Positions 1 to 8,784 of a DNA stretch of 64,000 nt are shown one piece after another. Position numbers and translations under genes: made by a program. The first letter of the stretch is position 1. The number at the start of each line of letters is the position of its first letter. Origin of the DNA: Candidatus Cloacimonadales bacterium (GTDB taxonomy: Bacteria > Cloacimonadota > Cloacimonadia > Cloacimonadales > JAFGVF01); the NCBI GenBank assembly GCA_963677495.2, contig CAXXOU010000003.1, positions 128,001 to 192,000 on the forward strand. The letters run 5' to 3'. The notes under the pieces are model-generated. The model was given only the letters and a program-made list of their open reading frames with translations, was not told where the DNA came from and did not search any database.

Positions 1-162
1 TTTTTTCACTTTACCGGTTGGAGTAGCAGATTTAATAGCTACGACAATAATGTCTCCGACGGAAGCGTATTTCCTTTTTGATCCACCGAGAACCTTAATA
101 CACATAGCTTTTTTCGCACCTGAGTTATCAGCAACATTGAGCATTGTCTGTACTTGTATCAT
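1..162 (-). CDS. rplN: 50S ribosomal protein L14 (5' part, runs off window)
   Basis: Manual translation [40 protein letters not shown]; follows rpsQ. Confidence 0.97.
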   Translation of the reverse strand, partial: MIQVQTMLNVADNSGAKKAMCIKVLGGSKRKYASVGDIIVVAIKSATPTGKVKK

Positions 163-171
163 CTCTACTCC

Positions 172-426
172 TTATTTGCTAACTTCAATTACTTTCTTAA
201 GAATCCATCTCTTACGAGCGCTCATTGGACGATACTCTTCTATCATCACTGTATCACCAATATGAGCTTCATTATTCTCGTCATGAGCCATGAATTTTTT
301 GTGTTTACGAACAGTCTTTTTATATAATGGATGCATGAACTGTCTTTCTGAACGAACTACAATTGTCTTGTCCATTTTATCACTGACAACAACGCCAACT
401 TTATTCAGCTTTCTTTCGTATGCCAT
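172..426 (-). CDS. rpsQ: 30S ribosomal protein S17
   Basis: [14 protein letters not shown]...HPLYKK motif; operon order. Confidence 0.98.
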   Translation of the reverse strand: MAYERKLNKVGVVVSDKMDKTIVVRSERQFMHPLYKKTVRKHKKFMAHDENNEAHIGDTVMIEEYRPMSARKRWILKKVIEVSK

Positions 427-438
427 TTTTAACCTCTC

Positions 439-627
439 TTATGCCTTCTTCTCAGTGAGGATAGTTTTGATACGTGCAATATCTTTCTTAGCCTCACGAA
501 TACGTAAAGGGTTATCCAGAAGGTTTCTTACAACCTGAAAGCGTAAGTTGAACAGCTCAACATGCAAATCTTCTAACTTGTGGTTTAATTCTTCCACTGT
601 CATTTCTCTGAGCTCTTGGGCCTTCAT
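439..627 (-). CDS. rpmC: 50S ribosomal protein L29
   Basis: MKAQELRE...ELFNLRFQ...IARIKT. Confidence 0.97.
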   Translation of the reverse strand: MKAQELREMTVEELNHKLEDLHVELFNLRFQVVRNLLDNPLRIREAKKDIARIKTILTEKKA

Positions 628-1043
628 ATCTCTACTCCTTCACGAGCAACCATCTTTGTTTTAATTGGAAGTTTATGACCTGCTAAACGCATAGCTTCAC
701 GAGCTATTTTTAAGTCAACTCCTTGGATTTCAAACATTACACGTCCCGGTTTTACAACAGCTACCCAGTATTCTGGTGAACCTTTACCTTTACCCATACG
801 AGTTTCAGCAGGTTTTGATGTAAGTGGTTTGTCCGGGAAAATTCTGATCCAAACTTTACCAACACGTTTCATTTGACGAGTGATAGCAACACGAGCAGCT
901 TCTATTTGACGACTGGAAATCCAACCATCCTGCATAGCGATTAAAGCATAATCACCGAAGCTTACTTCTGAACCGCGATAGGCTAAACCTGTACGTCTAC
1001 CGCGCTGTACTTTTCTATGTTTAACTTTCTTTGGTGCTAACAT
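624..1043 (-). CDS. rplP: 50S ribosomal protein L16
   Basis: [15 protein letters not shown] motifs. Confidence 0.98.
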   Translation of the reverse strand: MLAPKKVKHRKVQRGRRTGLAYRGSEVSFGDYALIAMQDGWISSRQIEAARVAITRQMKRVGKVWIRIFPDKPLTSKPAETRMGKGKGSPEYWVAVVKPGRVMFEIQGVDLKIAREAMRLAGHKLPIKTKMVAREGVEI

Positions 1044-1062
1044 CTATATTCTCCTTATTCTC

Positions 1063-1710
1063 TTAATCGAGAATATCGCCTCTGTAGATCCAAACCTTAA
1101 TACCGATAATTCCGTATGTAGTCTGAGCTTCGATCAGAGCATAATCAATATCAGCACGAAGTGTATGTAATGGAGTTCTACCTTGTTTGTAGCGCTCAGT
1201 TCTAGCGATTTCAGCTCCGCCTAAACGGCCTGCACACTGAACTTTGATTCCTAAAGCACCGTCTGTCATTGCTTTTCTCATAGCCATTTTCATAGCACGA
1301 CGGAAAGATACTCTCTCCTCAAGCTGACGGGCAATTTCCTGTCCAATTAATGATGCATCTAACCATGTTTTCTGAATCTCGATGATGTTAATCATCACTT
1401 TCAGAGGAGCTTGACGCTTCTTGTTTACTAAAAGATTAATCTCTCCTCTAAGGCGATTGATGTCTTCACCCTTCTTACCGATAACTAAACCAGGTTTTGA
1501 AGTATGAATATCAATGTTGATAGAGTTTGTTTTTCTTGAGATCTGAATCTTAGAAACCATCTTTCTTGCTAAACGCTTCTGAATATAGTTTCTTACCTTA
1601 AGGTCTTCAAGCAAATTATCAACATAGGCGTCACCTTTGGCGAACCAGATTGATTCAGTCTGCTTGTTAACTCCGACTCGGTACAGTACTGGATTAATTT
1701 TCTGTCCCAA
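1063..1710 (-). CDS. rpsC: 30S ribosomal protein S3 (TTG start)
   Basis: MGQKINP, PGLVIGKKG, GRLGGAEIAR, PLHTLRADID. Confidence 0.98.
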   Translation of the reverse strand: MGQKINPVLYRVGVNKQTESIWFAKGDAYVDNLLEDLKVRNYIQKRLARKMVSKIQISRKTNSINIDIHTSKPGLVIGKKGEDINRLRGEINLLVNKKRQAPLKVMINIIEIQKTWLDASLIGQEIARQLEERVSFRRAMKMAMRKAMTDGALGIKVQCAGRLGGAEIARTERYKQGRTPLHTLRADIDYALIEAQTTYGIIGIKVWIYRGDILD

Positions 1711-1719
1711 TGATTCCTC

Positions 1720-2058
1720 CTATTCCTTTTCCTTCAAGCCTAAGGTAATATGGCATGTTCTACGACGTACAACAAATGCTCTACCCTGTGCTCTTGCTTG
1801 GAATCTCTTCATTATAGGACCATCATCAGCAAAAGCGTCGGCAACGACAAGGTTATTTAAATCAACTTTATTATCTTTCTGCTGGGCATTAGCGATCGCA
1901 GAATTTAGCAGTTTACCTATCGGAGCAGCGACTCTTTTAGTTGAGAACATCAGAATCTTCTGAGCTTCAGGAACTGAAATCCCACGAATAAGGTCCAAAA
2001 CTAATCTAGCTTTTCTAGCGGAACCTCTATGGTAGCGAAGTATTGCTTTAGCTTCCAT
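1720..2058 (-). CDS. rplV: 50S ribosomal protein L22
   Basis: KARLVLDLIRG, SAIANA, RAQGRA. Confidence 0.97.
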   Translation of the reverse strand: MEAKAILRYHRGSARKARLVLDLIRGISVPEAQKILMFSTKRVAAPIGKLLNSAIANAQQKDNKVDLNNLVVADAFADDGPIMKRFQARAQGRAFVVRRRTCHITLGLKEKE

Positions 2059-2076
2059 TCTCGTTACTCCTTATCT

Positions 2077-2343
2077 CTATTTCTTCTTATCTTTATGTCC
2101 GCGGAAGGTACGTGTTGGTGAGAATTCACCTAACTTATGACCAACCATATTCTCGGATACATAAACCGGTACAAATTTACGTCCATTATGGACAGCGAAT
2201 GTATGACCGATGAACTCAGGAAGAACTGTAGAACGACGAGACCATGTCTTGATAACAGTTTTCTTGCCATCTTTATTCAGCTCATCAACTTTCTTCACAA
2301 GATGTTCATCTACGAAAGGGCCTTTCTTTAAAGATCTGGGCAT
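2077..2343 (-). CDS. rpsS: 30S ribosomal protein S19
   Basis: [21 protein letters not shown]. Confidence 0.98.
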   Translation of the reverse strand: MPRSLKKGPFVDEHLVKKVDELNKDGKKTVIKTWSRRSTVLPEFIGHTFAVHNGRKFVPVYVSENMVGHKLGEFSPTRTFRGHKDKKK

Positions 2344-2352
2344 TAGTTCCTC

Positions 2353-3183
2353 CTACTTCTTCTTCTTAGCTTTGATAATATACTTATCAGAGTACTTTCT
2401 AGTCTTACGGGTCTTTCCGCCTTTAGCGAGTTTACCCCAAGGAGATCTTGGATGACCACCACCAGAGGTTTTGGCTTCACCACCACCCATTGGATGGTCA
2501 ACAGGGTTCATAACAACACCACGTACGGTAGGTCTGATACCCATCCATCTTTTACGACCGGCTTTACCAAGTTTGATCAAGTTACGTTCAATGTTTGAAA
2601 CCTGACCCATTGTAGCGTAGCACTCTTTACGAATAAGATGCACATCATTTGAAGGCATTTTAACGTGAACATAGTCACCATCTTTTGCAACAACTTGAGC
2701 TGAAGCACCGGCTGAACGAGCGATCTGACCACCCTTGCCTCTCTTCATTTCAATGTTATGTACTACTGAACCTAATGGGATACGATCTAAAGGAAGAGCG
2801 TTTCCTACTGAGAATTCAGCTTCTGGACCACTTACAACAGTCATTCCAACTTTAAGTCCGTCTGGTGCTATGATATATCTTTTCTCTCCATCTACATAAT
2901 GAAGCAATGCGATTCTTGCAGTTCTGTTTGGATCGTATTCGATCGTAGCAACAGTAGCAGGAATACCAAGTTTATTACGTTTGAAGTCAATAATTCTATA
3001 ATGACGTCTGTGACCACCACCACGATGACGACATGTGATGCGTCCCTGGTTGTTACGGCCACCGGTTTTTCTAAGCGGGGCAAGGAGTGATTTTTCAGGT
3101 GTTGAAGTTGTAATCTCTTCAAATGTATAACCTGTTTTAAATCTTTGAGTCGGTGTTACCGGTTTATAATGTTTAATTCCCAT
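2353..3183 (-). CDS. rplB: 50S ribosomal protein L2
   Basis: [26 protein letters not shown]. Confidence 0.99.
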   Translation of the reverse strand: MGIKHYKPVTPTQRFKTGYTFEEITTSTPEKSLLAPLRKTGGRNNQGRITCRHRGGGHRRHYRIIDFKRNKLGIPATVATIEYDPNRTARIALLHYVDGEKRYIIAPDGLKVGMTVVSGPEAEFSVGNALPLDRIPLGSVVHNIEMKRGKGGQIARSAGASAQVVAKDGDYVHVKMPSNDVHLIRKECYATMGQVSNIERNLIKLGKAGRKRWMGIRPTVRGVVMNPVDHPMGGGEAKTSGGGHPRSPWGKLAKGGKTRKTRKYSDKYIIKAKKKK

Positions 3184-3195
3184 TTTAACTCCTCA

Positions 3196-3483
3196 TTATA
3201 ACTCAAAGTCCGGAATAGTCTGGCCTTCAGCAAGTGTTACAATTGCTTTCTTCCAGTCCGCTCTTTTGCCGGCATAACGACCTAATCTCTTAGGTTTGCC
3301 TTTGTACTTTATTGTGTTAACATTTACAACTTTCACGTTGAAGATCTGCTCAATCACTTTTCTGATCTCGATCTTGTTAGCATTGATGCTAACTTTAAAA
3401 GTGTAACTGTTCTGACTTTCTTTAATCAAACTGCTTTTTTCAGTTATGATAGGGGCAATGATTATTTCTCTTGGATGTATCAT
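3196..3483 (-). CDS. rplW: 50S ribosomal protein L23
   Basis: PIITEKS, WKKAIVTL. Confidence 0.97.
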   Translation of the reverse strand: MIHPREIIIAPIITEKSSLIKESQNSYTFKVSINANKIEIRKVIEQIFNVKVVNVNTIKYKGKPKRLGRYAGKRADWKKAIVTLAEGQTIPDFEL

Positions 3484-4115
3484 TTTGCGAAAACCTCCAC
3501 CATTTTGCTAAGCGCAGATTCTGTGATTACAAGGTGTTTGCTTTTCATAATCTCATAAGCGTATAAGCCATCTGCACGATCAGCTTCTACCTTAGGAAGA
3601 TTCAAGAATGATTTCACAACTGCCTTGTCATGACCTTCAGTTACTAATAAAAGTCTCTCATTCTTAGGAGCTACTTTATAGAGAAATTCTTTAGCATTTT
3701 TTGTGCTTGGTTTCTCGAACTTAAGATCTTCAATGATGTATACCTTACCTTCTTGAGCTTTAGCTGTTAATGCAAGCTTAAGCGCAAGTCTTTTCTTCTT
3801 CTTAGGGATATGACGATACCAGTTCTTAGGATCGATACCGAAAGCCATACCACCACCACGACGAATAACAGTACGTCTGTTACCAACACGTGCATTACCG
3901 GTACCTTTCTGTTTGAAAAGTTTTCTTCCACTTCCCTGTACAAGAGCACGGTTTTTCTTTGCAACTGTACCTTGACGCTGATTAGCACGGTACATTTTGA
4001 TAACTTCGTGCAGAAGAGCTTCAGGGTTCTTCGCTGTAGCAGCAAAAAGTGCTTCTGGAAGTTCCACTTTACCTTTCTGTTCGCCTGATGCAGAATATTT
4101 AATTGCTTCTAACAT
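3480..4115 (-). CDS. rplD: 50S ribosomal protein L4
   Basis: RQGT, QKGTGNAR, GGG.AFG. Confidence 0.97.
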   Translation of the reverse strand: MLEAIKYSASGEQKGKVELPEALFAATAKNPEALLHEVIKMYRANQRQGTVAKKNRALVQGSGRKLFKQKGTGNARVGNRRTVIRRGGGMAFGIDPKNWYRHIPKKKKRLALKLALTAKAQEGKVYIIEDLKFEKPSTKNAKEFLYKVAPKNERLLLVTEGHDKAVVKSFLNLPKVEADRADGLYAYEIMKSKHLVITESALSKMVEVFAK

Positions 4116-4130
4116 TATATCTCTCCTGCA

Positions 4131-4754
4131 TTATTTAGCTTTCTTGATGTAAACAAGGCTGTTACGATGACCTGGAACAGCACCATTCAGCATAATGAGG
4201 TTGTTCTCTAAATCAACTTTAACAACTTTCAAGTTCTTCACAGTAACTCTATCCACACCCATATGTCCTGACATCTTACGGCCTTTAAGAACACGAGCAG
4301 GAGTAGCACACTGTCCGATTGAACCTGCACCTCTAAATGATTCGTGCACACCATGTGAAGCCATGAAACCACTAAAGTTGTGTCGTTTCATAACACCGGC
4401 AAAACCACGACCCTTTGATGTACCAACAACATCAACGAGCTCATTTTCCTGGAACAAGTCTACTTGGAATTGATCTTGAAGATTTACGTCTTCAAGGTTT
4501 CTTAAACGAAATTCATGCAAATAACGAAATGCAGGTGAACCGAATTTTTTGAAATAGCCGGCCATTGGCTTGTTAAGCTTCTTTTCTTTCAGTGCTTCAA
4601 AACCGAGCTGAATAGCCATATAGCCATCTCTTTCCGGGGTTTTAATGTTTACAACACTGCAAGGTCCGGCCTGGATAAGGGTTACTGGAACTATCTTGCC
4701 ATCTTCAGTGAAGATCTGAGTCATTCCAACCTTTTTACCTATTAATCCAACCAT
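4131..4754 (-). CDS. rplC: 50S ribosomal protein L3
   Basis: GKKVGMTQIF, SKGRGFAGVMKRH. Confidence 0.98.
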   Translation of the reverse strand: MVGLIGKKVGMTQIFTEDGKIVPVTLIQAGPCSVVNIKTPERDGYMAIQLGFEALKEKKLNKPMAGYFKKFGSPAFRYLHEFRLRNLEDVNLQDQFQVDLFQENELVDVVGTSKGRGFAGVMKRHNFSGFMASHGVHESFRGAGSIGQCATPARVLKGRKMSGHMGVDRVTVKNLKVVKVDLENNLIMLNGAVPGHRNSLVYIKKAK

Positions 4755-4768
4755 TACTGTCTCCTTAG

Positions 4769-5083
4769 TTATTTCGCTTTAATCTCTACGTGAACACCGG
4801 CAGGAAGACTTAATTTCTTCAGTGCCTTTGTGGTCTGAGGAGTTGGGTTAACAATATCAACCAGTCTCTTATGAACCAGCATTTGGAACTGGTCTCTAGA
4901 CTTCTTATTCACGTGAGGAGAGCGCAGAATTGTGTAAAGGGTGCGGTCTGTTGGTAATGGGATTGGACCCATAATCTTAGCACCGGTACTTTTTGTACTC
5001 TTTACGATTTCTGCAACAGATTGATCAAGCAGGCGATGGTCATACGCTTTGAGCTTGATTCTGATACGATCATTATTACTCAC
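4769..5083 (-). CDS. rpsJ: 30S ribosomal protein S10 (GTG start)
   Basis: [38 protein letters not shown]. Confidence 0.98.
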   Translation of the reverse strand: MSNNDRIRIKLKAYDHRLLDQSVAEIVKSTKSTGAKIMGPIPLPTDRTLYTILRSPHVNKKSRDQFQMLVHKRLVDIVNPTPQTTKALKKLSLPAGVHVEIKAK

Positions 5084-5385
5084 CTTAAACCTCCAACTTT
5101 TACATTGTGAGCGACATCCTCTTAGGCTGCATTATTCCCGAGTCAAGAGGACGCAGGTTTGATAGAACATGGGCAGATCGTGCTTATTAAGCTATTTGTC
5201 AGGACCACTCCAGTGAGTGGCTGTAATGCGTTGATTTTGTTTATAAAATCATCACGTTTCCCTGAGATCTACAAGCCCCTTCTATCGGGCTTTTTTCTTC
5301 CCCCGGCAACTTCGGGTCGTCACCAGAGTGATTATTATTTATACAAGTCTGACAAAAATCCCCAACACTTGCATTCTGTCAAATA
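5084..5385 (-). promoter_or_regulatory. S10 operon promoter and structured 5' leader
   Basis: TTGACA on minus strand near 5377-5382; leader GC-richer than flanks with hairpins CCACTC/GAGTGG, CGTCCTCTT/AAGAGGATG, AAGCCC/GGGCTT. Confidence 0.55.
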
Positions 5386-5675
5386 CTTTTTCCTAGTGTT
5401 CTTAACTTTCTGTTTTTCATTGAATTGTGTATCGTGAAAATTGACTCTTAATTTTCCCTAATTGCATTTTTTTGTTTTTTCTGACATTGTGGACAAAAGT
5501 GGACACAATAGACGTTGTGCTTATAGCTTTTTTTTGCTAAACCTTGCTAATTATTTGAGAGTAATTAGAAATATAAGGAACCTCAAAATCCTTTATTCAA
5601 TTACCTTTAATCATTATTTAAAAGCAATTATCTTCTTGACTGAGTGGAATAATAGTGGACTTAGTAGGAGGTGCT

Positions 5676-6245
5676 ATGACTGACTCTAAACACCTTATTC
5701 CAAAGCATGGAGGTTATATAAAGCTTAAGAGCTTTTAAACTCTCTCAATTGGTATATGATATTACTGTAAGATTCTGTAAACGTTATATTAGTTATAAGA
5801 GTAGAACCCGTAACCAGATGGTTCAAGTCGCACGTTCCGGTGTTCAGAAGGGTCACAAGCTTCAGCGACATCGAAGAAAACTGAGTTAAAGCTGACGAAT
5901 GTAGCAAGAGCAAGTTTGGAAAAGCTTAAACTTGATTACGAAGACTATCCAAGGCAGCATGACTTATTACAATGGGATCGGCACCATCCTCTTAGACAAG
6001 AGCTTGTTAATGCAAGATGTGAATCAGCCGATGATGTTGCACAATGGATAGTGCAACATAAAACCTCATCAAACATATCCCCGAATTCATCATTATATCA
6101 GATTTATGCAGAGCTATCAGCAAACTCAGCTCTAACTCTAATTGAAGTATCATACTACCTACTGGACAAGCAAATTAGTCAGTTAGCGAAAGAATTCAAA
6201 GAAAAAGGTGGTTTCACCGAAAGATTATACAATGTAAAAAAATAA
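5676..6245 (+). pseudogene. four-helix-bundle (suffix-domain type) protein, frameshifted
   Basis: AGGAGG RBS; reconstructed MTDSKHLIPKHGGYIKLKSF / KLSQLVYDITVRFCKRY...QMVQVARSGVQ / EGSQASATSKKTELKLTNVARASLEKLKLDYEDY...EFKEKGGFTERLY; extra T near 5733-5736 and short deletion near 5846. Confidence 0.85.
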
Positions 6246-6363
6246 TCAAGATAAACAATAATCTGATTCTTAACTATGTCTACTAAGTCAATAAGTCCAC
6301 TTTTACCTACACTTATCTTCGAAAACTTAGCTAAATTCAAACTCTTTTAGCAAGTTCTCTACA

Positions 6364-6422
6364 CTTCATTCTTCATTCCTCATTCTTCACTTTCATTTTG
6401 CATTTTGCATTTTGCATTTTGC
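6364..6422. repeat. 7-nt tandem repeat (TCATTCT grading into CATTTTG)
   Basis: cttcattcttcattcctcattcttcactttcattttgcattttgcattttgcattttgc. Confidence 0.85.
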
Positions 6423-6454
6423 TTTTTTCTCATACAAGTCTGGTACGTGCTATA

Positions 6455-6602
6455 TCAAAAACCTTGAATCTCGCTTGTCCCACCCTATAGCCTCCCTAGA
6501 CCCTCCCTATGAAACCCTAAAGTTATCCACATCGTGTGCATAACTTAGTTAACGGAGCAAAGACGCTCTTGTAAAGACTTGGTACAGAGATGTAGTTAAC
6601 GA
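6455..6602 (+). repeat. dispersed ~147 bp repeat, copy 1 (copy 2 at 49881-50027)
   Basis: Near-identical core gaatctcgc.gtcccaccct.tagcctccctagaccctccctatgaaaccctaaagttatccacatc.tgtgcataactta. Confidence 0.9.
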
Positions 6603-6812
6603 CAAGATGATAGATTATAACAATTGAAAGGGGCATTTAACATGCCCCGATTTATTTAGTAATAAGTATGAGTAGAAACGTTCAAACTTAGGTTGATATC
6701 AAGTTTTCTAACCTGAAGCACCAGTTTCGCAATTCTCCAAGCTCGTAAACTCACACAGGTGACTACTACAGTCCGGATGTCTGAGGTCCAAGGCCAAGTA
6801 GGAATGCTTGAT

Positions 6813-7175
6813 TTACATTGTTGAGTCCGGAGTAGCTTCTACTTTTACTTCTTCAGTAACCTCTGGTTCTTTCTCAATCTCGACTTCTTTCTTGATAATC
6901 TTTGTCTTAGTTTTGCTTCCACCACCACTATGTGTATGGGAGTGACCACCTGCAGTGAAGAGTATTTTAGTTAATACTGTAAGGCCTAGTGCTTGAAGAA
7001 GGGTTATCTTCTTTAGACCAAAGATTTCCGGCATAAGACCGTTCCATAGTGCTTTAACAATTGCACTAACTCCTGTGATTAGACCTGTGGCACCTATTAA
7101 TCCTAAAGCTACGAGTCCTACTATTTTTGGGGCATTCATCTTTCCATTGTTGATTGGACAATTAAACAGTTTCAT
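6813..7175 (-). CDS. small membrane protein downstream of ECF sigma
   Basis: Hydrophobic segments, LWNGLMPEIFGL motif; overlaps sigma gene stop. Confidence 0.8.
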   Translation of the reverse strand: MKLFNCPINNGKMNAPKIVGLVALGLIGATGLITGVSAIVKALWNGLMPEIFGLKKITLLQALGLTVLTKILFTAGGHSHTHSGGGSKTKTKIIKKEVEIEKEPEVTEEVKVEATPDSTM

Positions 7176-7695
7176 TGTTCTCCTCCATTGTCTCTATAAT
7201 TCGTTTAAGGTTTTTCATTCCTCGAGCCTTCCTTGAAAGAAGAGTATTGAGTGAAATATTAAGCTCTACTGCTATAACTCTCAGCTTCTTCCCCTTCAGC
7301 TCGTTTTCTATTATCACGTATCTTTGATTCTCGGGTAGAAGTTCTAAGGCTTCATAAAGAAACTCAGCGGGGTCAATATCATCATCTGCTTCAATAGATG
7401 TGATAAGGTTGATAAATTCATCAGATGAGTTTGCGTTTAGAGTAGAATTCAAGCTAACCGGTTCTCTAACAGCTTTCCTTAGCTCATCTATGAGTTGATT
7501 TTTAAGGGAACGATAAACATATCCAGTAAAATTCTTAACAGGAGCTACAAAATCGGTCTTATTGAGCAAATTGAGCATCACATCCTGAACAATATCCTCT
7601 TCATCCTTATAAGATAGGTTATTGATCCGATTTCGGACATAACCAGTCATGCTCTTGTAATTATCTTCCCAGAATTTAGTTAGTTTCTTTTTCAT
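7162..7695 (-). CDS. ECF-family RNA polymerase sigma factor
   Basis: EDIVQDV region 2; LELLPENQR...IAVELNISLNTLLSRKARG region 4. Confidence 0.9.
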   Translation of the reverse strand: MKKKLTKFWEDNYKSMTGYVRNRINNLSYKDEEDIVQDVMLNLLNKTDFVAPVKNFTGYVYRSLKNQLIDELRKAVREPVSLNSTLNANSSDEFINLITSIEADDDIDPAEFLYEALELLPENQRYVIIENELKGKKLRVIAVELNISLNTLLSRKARGMKNLKRIIETMEENNETV

Positions 7696-7714
7696 TTTCG
7701 TTCCTCATATATTA

Positions 7715-7741
7715 TAACGAAGGAAGTGAAGATTTATTGCA
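7715..7741 (-). promoter_or_regulatory. putative ECF autoregulatory promoter TGCAAT-N16-CGTT
   Basis: Minus strand tgcaataaatcttcacttccttcgtta just upstream of the RBS. Confidence 0.45.
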
Positions 7742-7769
7742 AATAAAATGTTTAAGTATTTCTTTCTGC

Positions 7770-8170
7770 AAGAGAGCAACAAACTAGATATGGGTTCACG
7801 ATCCTTGATCTAGTATTATGTTTCTCTATCGGATGACCGATTTAGCTTTAGAACTTACCAATGCAAGTTCCAGTAACAATGTCACCCTGAGCGGAGATGA
7901 ACGAAATGCAATGAAGTGAGTGAAGTCGAATGGGTTGCTTGTATGACTTTAGTAGAAATCTGTAGCAGTCACCATTACGACCTACGGGAGTTCGGGGAAA
8001 TGCGACTTCGAAGTACGAAATGTATAAGTGTCGCATTTCCCCAAGCTCGTAAACTCGCACAGGTGACTGCTATAAATGACGCTTGGAGTCGAGTTCCCGT
8101 TGGTCGTAAGAACTCGAGCTAGGGTTCCAATTCGAGCAAGGGTACTCGGGTTACATTGGAACAACTCGGA
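7770..8170. repeat. cluster of REP/REPIN-like palindromes
   Basis: GTAGCAGTCACC...GGTGACTGCTA enclosing GGGGAAATGCGAC/GTCGCATTTCCCC (7961-8072); right arm repeated at about 6729-6770; gtcaccctgagcgga...gtcgaa element at about 7881-7935. Confidence 0.75.
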
Positions 8171-8178
8171 GTGTCGTT

Positions 8179-8652
8179 TTACAAGTTGACTAAGAGAACT
8201 ACAGCTGTTGAGCTGATGCCTTGTTCTTTACCAGTAAAACCTAAACTTTCTTCAGTTGTTGCTTTTACAGATACATTGTCGATACAAGTATCTAAGTCTT
8301 CTGCAATATTCTTACGCATAGAATGAATATAAGGTTTTAATTTAGGTTTTTGAGCACATACAGTTACATCTAAGTTTCCTAAAGCATAGCCTTTAGAATG
8401 CATTAAATCGCATACATGCCTAAGTAAAACTCTACTATCTGCACCTTTATACTTATCATCAGTATCAGGAAAATGTGTACCAATATCACCAAGAGCTAAC
8501 GCTCCAAGGATTGCATCCATAACTGCATGTAATACAACATCCGCATCTGAATGACCTAATAAACCAAGATTATGAGAGATCTCTACTCCACCTAAGATTA
8601 GCTTTCTACCTTCTACTAATTTATGAACATCATAACCATGACCAATACGCAT
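8179..8652 (-). CDS. ispF: 2-C-methyl-D-erythritol 2,4-cyclodiphosphate synthase
   Basis: [32 protein letters not shown]. Confidence 0.98.
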   Translation of the reverse strand: MRIGHGYDVHKLVEGRKLILGGVEISHNLGLLGHSDADVVLHAVMDAILGALALGDIGTHFPDTDDKYKGADSRVLLRHVCDLMHSKGYALGNLDVTVCAQKPKLKPYIHSMRKNIAEDLDTCIDNVSVKATTEESLGFTGKEQGISSTAVVLLVNL

Positions 8653-8670
8653 ATTTGCTCCTATAGTAAT

Positions 8671-8695
8671 AAAGGGGCATTAGCTGCCCCTTTTT
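8671..8695. terminator. rho-independent terminator-like hairpin
   Basis: aaaggggca-ttagc-tgcccctttt. Confidence 0.55.
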
Positions 8696-8717
8696 GTTAG
8701 ATAATCTATTAAACTGC

Positions 8718-8769
8718 CCCTCACCCGGCATCCTTAAGGGATGCCGACCTCTCCCCAGAGGGGCGAGGT
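8718..8769. repeat. REP-like palindrome
   Basis: ccctcacccggcatccttaagggatgccgacctctccccagaggggcgagg with nested stems. Confidence 0.65.
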
Positions 8770-8784
8770 AATACAAAGGCAATA

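Noticed and set aside
5159..5913. Short ORFs 5159-5437, 5462-5683 and 5725-5913
   Set aside because: Antisense to the leader or pseudogene, or low complexity; no recognisable product
6521..6545. Replication origin
   Set aside because: Only two boxes, within a dispersed repeat, with no dnaA/dnaN context
7848..8164. Short ORFs in the ispF-sigma gap
   Set aside because: Overlap palindromic repeats; no domains
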